Of a stretch of DNA of 47,168 nucleotides, positions 1 to 12,610 are shown one piece after another. Source of the DNA: Basidiobolus meristosporus CBS 931.73 (Eukaryota; Fungi; Basidiobolomycota). The notes beneath the pieces are model-generated. The model was not told the origin of the DNA. It saw only the letters and a program-made list of their open reading frames with translations, and did not search any database. The first letter of the stretch is position 1, and each line of letters opens with the position of its first letter. A program made the translations under genes and the position numbers. The stretch spans positions 1-47,168 of the forward strand of contig MCFE01000675.1 in assembly GCA_002104905.1 (NCBI GenBank). Direction: 5' to 3'.

Positions 1-206
1 TACTGCTGTTACAGGAATTTCTCCCTCTGCTGAATAGATGGATGGATCTCACTACTAAGTGTGAAAGGTGAGGATGAAGATGCTGCTACAAGTAAGAGGC
101 CTTTGGGATACTGTTCTGGGAGAAGAATGCCCTCCTAAAGACATGGAAGAGAGATTCTTAAAGTACCAGAAGAAAGAACAAAGAGCCTTTAACTTCATTT
201 GCCTTG

Positions 207-555
207 TGTTGTAAAAATTTGTAATTCCACCTAAATATTCACCTAACTTAGTCACTTAGATCATTACCCTCAAATCCTAGAGAATACTGACCAAGTTCCT
301 TGTTGGGATTTACTTAAAATATTTTCACCAAAATACCAGATACCCAAAACATGAAAATTCTCAAAGTTGTCCAAACAGCCCCAAACTTTGCACACATGTT
401 CTTGGGACCTTTCTTAACCTATTCTACATGTTTGCAATGCCAAGACCAGGTAAAAGTATATATACTACTTTTACATTCAATAAATCATTAAGTGAAAACC
501 ACATAATCTACTTGTTCTCCTAATCACCTCCAATATCTCCAAGACTCTTACAACA
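207..555 (+). repeat. Solo LTR (349 bp) of the same copia family, inserted in gag
   Basis: Starts TGTTGTAA and ends TTACAACA. Flanked by the 5-bp TSD CCTTG (202-206 and 556-560). Removing it restores the gag sequence ATTTGCCTTGATGTCAAAGAC seen as ATTTGCCTTAATGTCAAGGAC in the intact copy. Confidence 0.95.
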
Positions 556-2087
556 CCTTGATGTCAAAGACAAATTGCTAATTGAAAGCTCAAGAGCAAA
601 AATGGCAAAGAATGCCTGGAAAGCATTAGAAGATACATACAAGTCATGTTCAGCTGCTAAGAAAATGTATCTGAGGCCAATATTCTGTACGACAAAGATG
701 CAGCCAGGGGAAGAAATGAAAAATCTAATCAACAGAGTTACCCTGCTGGTGGATGGGATGGAATTGGTGGGTGTACCAACTACTGATCAGGATGCAATAG
801 TTACCATCCTGAATAGCCTGACAGATGAGTTTCAGGGCCTTGTATCAGCCCTGGAGTCTATAACTGAAGATTTGACCTTAAATATGTATATGGAAGGCTC
901 CTGGATGAAGAATTAAGAAAATCAAGTGCCAATAAGAAGGAAGAGGAAAGTGCGTTAATAAGCTGTAGTAACCAACAAAGAAGGTACCCAAGACTCTACA
1001 AAGGCAACAGCAACCTGTTTTGCAACTACTTTAAAGGAAAGGACAAACATCAGACCGGTGTTTCAAAAAGAGCGTTAATGAGCAAAAGAAGCCTGAATAT
1101 GGAAATGCTGCAACAGCTAAAGATAGACCATTCTTATCCGCACTAAATATGACCACAAACAAGGATTCTCAGATGTTGTATATTGACTCTGGAGCATCTC
1201 AACACTTTACATCCCAAAAAGAACTTTTTACCCAATATCAAGCATTCCAATTAAGAAGGTTTTCATGGGTGACAATGGAACACTTGATGCAGTGTGAGAA
1301 GGAGCTATCCAAGTAAACCTTGGAAGCACTGAAGGAAGCCATACACTGACCTTTGAAGAGGTACCCTATGTATCAGAAATAGCCAATAACCTACTATCTC
1401 TAAGCAAGGCCACAGCAGAAGGACTCAGTTTCAGTTTTGACAATTCTGGATGTAGGATCACTGATTAAAATGGTGCCCATATTGCATTGGGTATCAGAGA
1501 TCAGAATCTATACAAGTTGACTTATATTGCATCATATCTGGAAGCCAATACAAGTAACTTAAATGAAGAAACACCAATGCTTTGGCACAGGAGATTTGGG
1601 TACATCAATTTTGATTATTTGTGCAAATTATCAAAGATCTGCTAATTTCTAGAATAAAAGTTGATCCCCCAGCTAACTTGGAGCACTGTGAAGCCTGCAT
1701 ATATGGGCAACAAGCCAGACAACTGTTCAAGAGCCCTGGGCTAATCAGAGCTAAGAAAAAATTGGATCTAATTTACTCAGATCTGTGTGGACCTATGCAA
1801 AATTTATTGTTTGGCAGGATGAATTATTTAATCACTTTTATTGATGATTATACAAGATACAGGTGAGTCTACTTCATGGAGAGAAAGAAAGAAGCTATGT
1901 CCAAGTTTTGGGAGTTCAAAGCCATGGTGGAGAGAGAAACTGGTGTAAAAATCAAGAAAATATGCTCTGACAATGGTGGAGAGTATACCTCAAAACTTTT
2001 CATCCACTTCTGCAAAATTCATAGGATAAAGCAGGAGACTACTGTACCATACTCCCCACAGCAAAATGGAGTAGCAGAATGTGTTAA

Positions 2088-2436
2088 TGTTGTAAGAGTC
2101 TTGGAGATATTGGAAGTGATTTGGAGAACAAGTTGATTATGTGGTTTTCACTTAATAATTTATTGAATGTAAAAGTAGTGTTTATACTTTTACCTAGTCT
2201 TGGCATTACAAACCCGTAGAATAGGTTAAGGAAGGTCTCAAGAACATGTGTACAAAGTTTGGAGCTTTTTGGACAACTTTGAGAATTTCCATGTTCTGGG
2301 CACCTGGTATTTTGGTGAAAATATTCCAAGTAAATCCTGACAAGGAATTTGGTCAGTATTTTCTAGAATTTAAGGGTAATGATTCAAGTGACTAAGTTAG
2401 GTGAATATTTAGGTGGAATTATGAATTTTTACAACA
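2088..2436 (-). repeat. Solo LTR (349 bp, inverted orientation) of the same copia family, inserted in integrase
   Basis: Reverse complement of the family LTR (plus strand TGTTGTAAGAG...TTTTACAACA). TSD GTTAA at 2083-2087 and 2437-2441. Integrase resumes immediately after it. Confidence 0.95.
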
Positions 2437-2729
2437 GTTAACAGATCAATAATTGATATAGCAAGATCTATGATCCATGATCAAAAATTATCCTATGATA
2501 TTTGGGTGGAATCAGTTGTCACAGCTGTATACCTGAAAAATAGGAGTTATAATGAAATACTTTGTGATTCTACTCCATTTGAAGCATGGTATGGATACAG
2601 ACCAAGTGCAGAACATCTAAGAATATTTGGGTGTACAGCATATGCCAAGAAACCGCCAGAAATCAGTAAAAATTTGAGCCAAAAAGTGTAAAATGCATAT
2701 TTTTGGGCTACTGCAACAAGAGTAAGGCA

Positions 2730-2999
2730 AATGATCATATTCCTTGTTGGGATTTACTTGGAATATGATCACCAGAATATCAGGTACCCAGAACATGAAA
2801 ATTCTCAAAGTTGTCTAAACAACCCCAATCTTTGCACACATGCTCTTGGGACCTTTCTAAATCTATTCTATGTGCTTGTTATGCCCATACCATGTAAAAG
2901 TATAAATACTACTTTTACATTCAATAAGTCATAAAGTGAAAACCACATAATTTACTTGATCTCCCAATCGCTTCCAATATCTCCAAGACTCTTACAATA
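2730..2999 (+). repeat. 5'-truncated LTR (about 270 bp), probably the 3' LTR of the decayed element
   Basis: Matches the family LTR from about base 80 to the end (…CTCTTACAATA) and is joined directly to integrase sequence …GAGTAAGGCA. Confidence 0.85.
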
Positions 3000-4592
3000 C
3001 CTAAAGCCCTATGAGAAATCCCAAAGTTGGATCACATTGGATTGTTAGCTAATGTTCTGCTGGTGTCTGCTTCAGATTTCCAGTTAACATTTTTGGTGAA
3101 AGTAACAAGCAGCTAATTACCAAATTTAGTATGAGCACTCAAAGATTTGGACTCCCCTGGAAAGGATGTCTGCTTGTCTTCTATGAAGTTAGTACCTGAG
3201 ATATTAAGAGTTGTCACTTTTGGGAAAGCTGGAATTCCTACATCTGATGGACCGTGGATAGCCTTACGGAAATAATGTGCGCTGCCCAGGAAGCCTACGA
3301 AATTTGATATGCACTAACGAGGTTCGATTCCACCTGAATGGGGAACAACCATCAATATGCGCACATCCTCCTTTGGCTTCATCAAAAGAGTGGTCGTGTT
3401 TGCCGACCTCGCACAAACCCGCCTGCTCTTCGGTTGACAGTGGTGGCCTGAAGGCGGGTTTTCAACGAATCTTGGATTGATGCGAATTCCGAGGGGCACA
3501 GGCTTGGGCGAGAAGGATATCAGGTTGGATATCGGAATATGAGTCACCAACTGATACAGAGGGGATCCATCATGGACCGGTATTCGGCTGATCCTCTGTG
3601 ATACATGTGAATGCATGTAAGTAGATCCAACAGGTACAAAAGTGGCCCCACTTTTCTGTGCCCTCGGTGCAAGTTGGTTGCTCAAGGGTGAAATCAACAT
3701 CAACAGCACCACTTTTCCTCGCCTTCTTACCCAGGAAATCGGTATTAGGTCAGCGAGTCTGATTCGGGCTAAATCGACATCGAGGCCTCATGTCGTTATC
3801 AGTCCATTCTAGGCAACATCATCGTTGCTATGGTCTGGATATCCAATGAGTTTCATTTGCATCCTCACCAACACCACCTTCTAGAACCACAGAAAAAGAT
3901 CCCCTGTCGTTCCACATTGCCGACATGCCATCGTTACGTTGCGGGATGTCAACGACCGGGAAACCAACCAGATGGACATCAGCCTGAGCACTTCATTGAC
4001 AAAGGGGTATATTTTATGGCACTGCATACAAGTGATTTAGTCTATGATACGTTGAGACTTACGAAGACAACAGGAACTCATACAATCTCCAGGTCTACAA
4101 CTCACAAAGGACTCCATGACAGCCAGGGTTTACTCCGGTAGCGAGTTGCTCATAGACGGGGTATCAAAGGGTAACCATGGTGGAGGCCTAGGGGACTGCT
4201 TCCAAGCGCTCATGGATGCAGTACATGTTGAAGGCATCGGCAAAGCGACATTGCAAAAACTACCATGTAACGGGACGATAAGATGATTTGCTGAACGGTT
4301 CAAATGCAGCGGCGACTTGATTGTGAGCTGGTGCGATCTCGTCGAGACATGATGGCTACTGCCAAATGCAACAATCCGGGTGCTTCGTCGAGGCCTAGCT
4401 TGTCTCGCCCCGCCAATCAGGTACCCGGGAATTTCGGGTTCGAAATCATTGCGTCTAGGGAAAGATGGCCAGTCATTGGTGATGACGCAACTGATTCGAC
4501 GTGGTGGTACATGTGCAGATCAATTTGTTTGAAAAATCCAGTTTCTGGTCTGAACCACACACCCTTGACTCTGCGTTCCGCCAACCAACCAT

Positions 4593-5395
4593 ATGCATAC
4601 ACAGGCCAACTTCGGAGTAGCAGTGTTGGTGCTGTTCAGTGCTTTGCTCACCTCCGTCTATTCTTATACCATCACCGTTCAACCGCACACCACAGAATGC
4701 TTTTACGAGGAATTGCTCCCCGAGGAGAAGATCTCCATTTCGTACCAGGTGGCTCAATCTGACTACGACATCAACTTCAAGGTATCTCGCCCGTCTTGGT
4801 CCAACCACCTTCCCACCCGCCGACGAAACTAACCCCACCCACCTAGGTCCGCAACCCCCGCGCGCAAATCGTATACCAAGCAAACAACCAGAAGGAGAAC
4901 GTGTTCAACCTCGGCGAAAACATTGAAATGGGCCGTTACGAGTATTGCTTCATGAACCAGGATTCTAAGGGCAAAATTATCATGTGGAATGTCCATGGCA
5001 ACAGAAAGCTACTATCTGGCCAGGCCCTGTCCGACGAAGGTACGTGGTTTGAATTGTGTAGCCGTCCCGTGCCATTGATAATAATGGGGCATCTCTTTCA
5101 GGCGTAAGCCCTATCCGCGATGAGCTGTACACCCTCATCGAGAGCATCAATTCCATCAAAGATCAACAACTGTATATGAGAAGTCGTGAGAGAACGCACC
5201 GTAACAGTAAGTGGATGGGAATTCTTTACGACCATTCGGACAACTAATAACCAATGCTATCAAGCCTCCGAAAGCACGAACAGCCGTGTGAAGTGGTGGT
5301 CCATTATCCAAGCGTTCCTACTCATCATCGTATGCGCATTCCAGATCGCTTACTTGAAACACTTCTTTGAGGTGCGACACAAGCATGGAATCTAG
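4593..5395 (+). CDS. p24/emp24/gp25L (GOLD-domain) ER-Golgi cargo receptor, 4 exons
   Basis: Signal peptide followed by ITVQPHTTECFYEEL, GRYEYCFMN, STNSRVKWWSIIQAFLLIIVCAFQIAYLKHFFEV. Canonical GT-AG introns start at 4782, 5040 and 5207. Confidence 0.92.
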
Positions 5396-5832
5396 GCGTC
5401 AGGGGCGACCCTGTATTGTCGGATTTTTGCATCCTTTCACTTGTCTAAAGTTGAAATAAATGAATTGATCGGCATCCAATGCTACTCGACGTTCAGCGAA
5501 GGGAATAGGCTGTTTGAGGCAAGCAGCGGCAACAATTGAGTAGCGACGTATGACCTGGCCAACACCCGCCATGTTTTCTTTGTACTTTGCTTGCACACAG
5601 TGGGGTACTATATCTACTTCGTACAAATATCTTATAAAATGACAGCCCCAATGGACCACTACTCGTCAAGGAAGTGAAGCACATCAAGCGGCATCTAAAC
5701 CACATTGTTCTGTTTCCAGCAGTTTGAAAAAATCTGCCCGTGAATCAACCTCCGGTGCAAAGCCCTAATCACGATATGTTGCAAATCTACACGGTGGAAT
5801 TTTATAGTACATAAATAATAACTAGGATCAAA

Positions 5833-7013
5833 TCAACTTTGGTGCAAGGTAGTTGTGCTCCGAAGCAGCTTCAGCTCTTGCTCCACCGCCTGCAGGCGGG
5901 TCAACGTATCCTCGTATTTCTTCTGGTAAGATTCGGCGAGCAATCTGTATTGGGTGCAGTGAGCAGCCTCGGTCCCATCATCAACCATGGCCACAACGGT
6001 GGAGCCATCCTGCTGATGTACCGAATCCGGCTCTGTATGAAGGCCGTTGGTGTCGTGGCAAATGCTGTTGTCCGATGCAGCAGTTTCCTTTAAGTTTGCA
6101 TTCGAGGAGTTGATTATCTTGGGCCCGTACATCTCACCCCGATCGTCGGACAGGTCGATTTGCGTGTCGACGCTGCTGTCTGACTCATTGACGTATTCGA
6201 CGATGACATCCGGCTTGCGGGGGTAACGCCAATATAGTGGGTATTGTCTTGCGAGATTGTTGAATATCAAGGCCACAAACAGCATTAATACGGCGCCAAA
6301 TAGAATCGGCATCGCCATGTATAAATAACCGAGATCGGATATCTTTGGCCCACTGGTTACCGCAATCAGAGCGGTCGCGCCACCGGGCGGATGGACAGTT
6401 CGAGTGATCTGCATGGCCACAATCGCAATAGATACCGATAGGGCAGCCTGCAACCACATGAAGTTGTCTGGTCTGGCGAAGATGGCGGTGCATATTTTGC
6501 CTATGGAGACGCCGACGAATGCCGAGATAACATGTCCGCCAACTGGAGAAGAACGATGATTAGCAAGAGAATCCAAGGTGACATACATGAAGCCAATGAT
6601 GATTGCTTACCGAAGCTCCTAGGCTGTGCCAGCGGCGAATCGATCACACCATAGATTAGAACGGCGGAAGCACCCTAGGAGCAGGTTGAGCAATGGTTAA
6701 TCTTAGCGTCTTTCCCGAACGTAAATGTGGCCAAATTGGCCGGGATACTTACAAAGGAGCCCACCATCGTGGGCAGTTGATGCGAGACAAATAGGTCGGC
6801 ATGATAGGAGAGTGCCGCTACGAACCCAACCCCAACGAAGGAGGCGATAAACGACCACACCAACACTTTGACTGACGGTATCCTGGGGAAGATTCCTCGG
6901 TAAGTCCCGAGCATCTTACGAAAGTACTTTGGGATTTTTGGATTGCGGTGGTAGGCGACCGCTGGCTTGGAAAACAGGGGTTTCATGTTGGGATCACTTG
7001 GATGGCTCGACAA
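5833..7013 (-). CDS. HPP-family integral membrane protein, 3 exons (7013-6753, 6674-6611, 6542-5833)
   Basis: Spliced product reads SFGASAVLIYGVIDSPLAQPRSFVGGHVISAFVGV…TRTVHPPGGATALIAV, the family-defining motifs. Both introns begin GTAAG and end YAG. Confidence 0.92.
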
Positions 7014-8170
7014 TAGGTTGGGACGGAATTCACCAAGAAAACTTGGCGATCATGGCCAACCCACCGGCTTTTATACCAGCCTGCAAAACAAAAAACCTTC
7101 CGCTGTCTTGGATAGAACATTAATAATATATGATGTAACCCCTTCGTTATGAAATCTAATGGTGATTGATCTCACCACCTTCCTCGCCCAATAGATTTAA
7201 GGTTACTCGAGAAATCCATCAGTAAATTGCTATTTCTGGTCAAGTGGTACGATTGGAGGAAGCAACTGGGCCAATGCTATCCTTGATCTGCTCCTGGGAT
7301 GGCTGTTGGCTGATCTTCCTGCTCAGTATAGCAGGAGGGGAGGTGCCTAAGCCAGATGGGATGGAGCTGTGTAATAACTCAGAGAAGACTGTTGCCATTG
7401 CTGCAACCACGCACGAGACACCCAGGACGAGTGAGCGTGCCTACTGAGCAGGGCATGGCTCTTTGATTTGGAAATCGGCCTTGTGGTCGTTAGACCAAAC
7501 AACTCCGATCATGAGCCATCCTCAGATCAATTACTAATCGGGACGGGGGTTTTTTTTACGATGAACACGATAAGATTCTAAGCATAAATACCTGATCCGT
7601 TTTCCTCTTTAGACACTAAATGAACCATACAGCACCGGGCATACAATTCGGTGGTAGCTTATTAAGGTTTCGGTGCGGGAAGGGCCAGTTTGGAAGTCGG
7701 AGCATTAGTGGCATGCCACCGCAGTTGAAACGCCAATCGATCCGAGTCAGCTGAAAGGCCAACCCATACTGTCCAGAATCTCCCTGCATCCAACCAGGAT
7801 TGGCAATCCATGAGGATGATGTCTGTGGCATCGATCTGCCTGCAAGGAGCTCCGAGGAAAGAAATTCTTGGTGGAAGTTTATTGCGCGAATATCTATTGA
7901 GTGGATATGGCCCATGCAAAGGCAGGAACCATTCTTGGTGATCAATCAACCGTATAGAAACATATATGCAAAAGCCAGGGCCAGGGTTCGTTTGATGGCA
8001 GGTCAAAAGAACAAGCCGATCCGGATTAAACGAAGAAATCCAAGTGAATAAGTGAATGTACGGAAAATACAAAATGTGTAAAACTCGATGCGAAAATGCT
8101 AGATAAAAAGCGTGATGCTTGCTGAACGTACGACGCTCGCCAATCAAATAGAAACCCATCGTCCAGTATG

Positions 8171-9525
8171 TTAGTACATATTCATGCTTCCGTTGTACTC
8201 TCGAAACATCATGTGTGGCGGGCCCCTCGAGTGGGCGCTTGCAGGCAACTGGTGATTGTGTGGCGAAGGACCATGGCTTACAAAATGTTGAGGGTTGTTT
8301 GTGGAAGGCAACGGAGCATTAGGTGCCGGGAGTTGAAAGCCGAATGGACTGACAGGTGGAGTATTTCGGGGAGCCGCAGCACTAAGTGTATGCATATGTG
8401 AAAGGGTTATGGTGCTCATTGAGGCAAATTGGGCCATTCCCGGAAGAGTGTGGCAATCGGCACGGAAACGTTTACTCCCGCCAAGAATTGGATAGTTCGA
8501 ATAACTGCTGGAACAAGCCTCATAACCGAAACTATCTGGGTCGGGATGGAATGGGGCCTTGTTTGGCACTGATTCGGCCACAGCTATGCTTGGTTGATCG
8601 GTGTGGCTCATATCAATAACAGGCTTTGACAGATCTAGTATCTGTGCAGTTGATTCCAACTTCACTTCATCTCTCATATTATGTTTAGGCGAGTCGTCTA
8701 ACGCCATCTCTTTGGGTTTGCTGTCGTTCGTAGGCTGAGCCGGGGTCTCCGGTTCCAAGGATGCTTGGGGAGACATTTGTTCAGAAGAGCTAATTTCTTC
8801 TTCATTATCTGAGCCTTGACCCTCTTTTTCCCCAAGCTCAACGTCATTGTCATCCTCAGAATCGTCCGAGCTCTCTTGAACAGTGCTTTTTCTTTTTCGG
8901 GCTTCTTGAACTTCTTCAGCCTCTTCTTCCAAAGGTTCCTCCCCTTTTAAAATCCTAACCTCATTCTTTACCGCTCTAAGCTCGCTTTTAAGTTGCTGGG
9001 AGGGTGGAAACAAACTAGGGTTAATCTCCCAACAAGAAGAATTGTAGCCCACTCTACTAGAAGTACCTTGATATAGTCCGCAGCAAGTTTCAGGATATTC
9101 CCTTTGTTCGATTTAGGGGTGGAGTCGGAACCAGGTAAAAGTTTGGAAATCTCCATGATGGTGGCGTTGATATTGTCGCGCCGCTTTCTCTCGACGGAGT
9201 TGTGGTTTTCGCGCCGTTTCTGAAGCCTCTCTAAGGCAGTAGAGCTATCTATGCTCTTTCTATTCAAAATGTTCACGCCGTTGACCTTGTAGCTACTGTT
9301 TTTCTTAGCTTTTGGCTTCTTTCCACCGTGATGGGGATTTAAATCAGCAGTGAAGTTCAGAAATAATGGTTGCGCCGAAGGAGGTTGCGAAGGCTTTTGT
9401 TTCACCTCACCATGGAGGCTGTCCTCGTCAAAAGGGGAGGCAAAACGGGAGGAGGGTTTGCTGTTTGGGTAAGCATAATAAGAGGAGTAGTCCACCTGAT
9501 CTTTATAGTGATTAAGGGGAGGCAT
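8171..9525 (-). CDS. bHLH transcription factor (Cbf1/USF-like), 2 exons (9525-9067, 8995-8171)
   Basis: KRRENHNSVERKRRDNINATIMEISKLLP…NKGNILKLAADYIK|QLKSELRAVKNE gives basic-HLH plus coiled coil. Acidic and Ser/Pro-rich C-terminus. Intron GTACTT…CCCAG. Confidence 0.9.
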
Positions 9526-11271
9526 TGCGCGAACGAATACTAGACTAGTTTCAAGCTATCTTCGAAGGGCCACGAGATGGAGAATAGGCTCTCTGTAAAA
9601 CAGTGCAGCGTGTCCCGAGAAACTGAACAGCAGAACAAGGTGCTAATATCTGTGGAGTTCGTCTTGATGAAGAGTAAAAAAATTGGGGAGGGTTCTGAGT
9701 TCGAATAGCAACAATAACGTGTAAACTGGTGTTCGAAATTTAACATGAAACCTTGAATCAGAATATCCGGTTAATTTGGAGTGGAATACAAATATAATGT
9801 TCACAGGAGTCTTTCGTAATTTGATTGGAGTTCGATATATTTGGTCATGAGATATTTTTCTGGAAAAAATCCCATCGAACTGGGCAATACTATGGTGTCT
9901 TGCACTAGTGCCACCCCCGAATGATTTGACAAGCCCCAAGAGCGTGACTTCATGTATGAACTTATTTGGTTCCTACGATTCCATCATATGGGAATGGTTC
10001 AACTAATGTTGACTATTTGAGCGGCAACCCTGGGTGTTCTGATTATTCATGAGGAATTGCGACATTTATAGATGTGGAGAGGGCACACGAAATATTAATC
10101 GAGTATTTGGCATGTACCTAGGTGTTTCTTAGCCTACGGAATTGTGCTACAGGAAGCGATTGGTGAAGAAAATCCAAAAGCGACGATGCTAATTTATACT
10201 TGTGGGGAATTTGCCCTTTTTATTATTGAAGATACTTGGGGAGCAGAGTTGATCAAGTTCCTCTATGCTGTTGATTGAAGCACGTTGATGTAGCATTGTT
10301 ACCTAGCCGGAAAGAGTTAACCAATGCTTTTGCTTGTAGGAGCACTACGCCGAATTCACCAAGCCAAAGCATGTTTGTGTCAGCTTCTCACATTCAGTTT
10401 GCTATTGGAGTTACCACTGTACTACAAGCCATCGAAGCTAGCACGAAATCCAGCAAGTGAGCTGATTTCATTACATCTGCTGCTACGGATCTACATTTAC
10501 ATTGTTGGTTCCCAAATTGAGCCGTTGAGTCTGGCGCAGGAATCATCCTAGATCCTTTGGTTATTGTTAGTACATTGAGCTTGTGATTCGGGCGGTTGGC
10601 TAATATCCTATTTAGTGTGCTGGAGTAGTGAGACACCTGATACTTTAGGGACAGCCAATGGTAACTGCGATGGTGGTTTACCAAGTATTCTTGAAAAAAA
10701 TCTAACCCTCTTTTACGGCAGGGAAGTTATAATTCCAGAACACAGTGATCTATATTGATTCCCAATATGGGAGGTGCTCGAAGGCCATTTATTACTCTGA
10801 GATTGGTTGCATTTACGCCAACGGTTACATCCACAGTTCAGAAAGATGAACGAACTGTGGCTTATATGAAATGGGTTTTCCGAGCATGGATCTAGTAATA
10901 ATAAGCTGTCAAAGAGACTGTGGTCGTCATATCACTTCGGTGTAATCCAATCTCTAGGGTCAAATGTGGGCATGATATCAGCCGATAATGGAGATTCTGA
11001 AGCTTGGGAAGGGCTAGATGAGGCAGGCGCGGTCTACTCAGCTTTTGGATTATGTCGTTAAAATGAGCTCGAGTTATAGAGCACTAAGGAACATTAACTA
11101 ATGTTCTCATAAAATACTGCGACCAGGATCATAAGACAATTTGGGAGGAGCCCAAAGTTTACTAGTGGAAAACAAGTCAAAGTAGATGAAGGATTATGTA
11201 ACACAAAGAGTCGATATCGGCATTAATTGTCAGAACAAATGTGCAATTTGTACATGATTCTGCGATATATT

Positions 11272-12610
11272 TTAGATATCTTGAACTAGTCTCCAGATGC
11301 GAACTATTCCATCATCACCTGTAGATGCCAGTAGATCGGAATATGCTTCGGTAGGGTTCCATTGAACGCAGTTAATGTCGGAAACTCCGTGAGGTTCGTT
11401 TACGGATGCTGCCAGAACGTATGTTGGCGCATCAGCATCTTGACATGCCTCTGGGTCCTGAAATTTAACATTAGCAAGTACTCGATGTTATTTGTAGAAA
11501 AGGCATGGCTTACCTCTTCGAAAATATTGATCTTGTTATCGCTTCCAGCAGTAGCAATACGTCCATGATGCTTCGACCATGAGACGGTATAGATCGCACG
11601 GGAGTGAAATCCGGAAAGGGTGCAAATGCATTTCCATGTAGGGAGCGAGTTTGAGAAGGATCTTATCCCCAGATTATTTTGTGGTGTATAACATTTCCAT
11701 ATTTTGATTTTCATATCGGCGCTGACAGAGACTAGAAAGCGAATTAGCAAGGCAATTGAAATGAAGCCTGTCGGGGATTTTACCAAGCTGGTTTCCTTCA
11801 GCATCAAAGTCTAGTGCCCAAACTGTAGATTCATGCCCCTCTAAGGTATTGCTGCAAAGCCAATCGTCATCCTCATCTTCCCATATACGAATGGTATCAT
11901 CGTAACTGGCGGAGGCGAGAAGCTCTCTCTTGGGATGCCATTTAACCATTTTAACATCTTGGGAGTGCTCCTGAAGGACTGCTAAACATTCGAAATCGTC
12001 GTCGGAAGCGGCTAGTGAACAAAGTCAGCTTGTTGATCACATGGTTTTCCTGGGCGACTTGAAGATTACCTTCCCAAATCCATACACTCTTATCTCTGCT
12101 ACATGTAGCGATCAACGAGCCACTTGCAGACCAGGCAATACTCTTAACTTCGTTCTCATGGCCCTCCAAAGTGGCGACGCACTCATAATCTTGAAATAGT
12201 TTAGCTCACGTTGAATCACTGGGCGTAATTTCAAAGCAATAGATTCCTTTACCCCCACTTGTATCTTTTTCCCAGACACCTGTTGTTCCATCAAAACTGC
12301 CGGTGGCTACGACTCTACCGCTAGGTGAATAAGCGACGGTCCTAACTGTTCTCTCGTGAAAACCATCCAAAACGCCTTGACGATGCCAGTTGGGGTTCTC
12401 GCCGTTAAGATCTGAGGGCTCCCAAATGATAACCGTTTTGTCACCACTACAAGAAGCTAAACAAGAGCCATTTGGGTGCCAAGAAATTTGCCAAGCGCGA
12501 TCGGTATGGCCTTAAATACAAATGAAAAGTTTGAGCTATTTGTTCAGAATGATTCGGCTTCGCAAGCCAAAAGTACCTTTCAATTCTGCAACAAGTTCTA
12601 AATGTACCAT
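11272..12610 (-). CDS. CIA1: Cytosolic iron-sulfur assembly WD40 protein CIA1/CIAO1, multi-exon
   Basis: [24 protein letters not shown]…, [63 protein letters not shown], ending [20 protein letters not shown]. Canonical introns. Confidence 0.95.

Larger units (their letters stand above)
1..2999 (+). mobile_element. Degenerate Ty1/copia LTR retrotransposon (5' end lies outside the window); gag, protease and integrase remnants, with RT/RNase H missing
   Basis: Colinear with the element at 41402-46086 at the nucleotide level. Broken ORFs give gag (KNAWKALEDTYKSCSAAKKMYL), YIDSGAS protease, WHRRFG..CEAC, SDLCGP, CSDNGGEY and QNGVAE integrase motifs, with many stops and frameshifts. Confidence 0.93.

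Noticed and set aside
3322-3335. GGTTCGATTCC, a tRNA T-loop-like motif
   Set aside because: The T-stem does not pair fully and there is no D-arm, anticodon arm or acceptor stem. Similar partial motifs near 4437 and 15257 fail in the same way.
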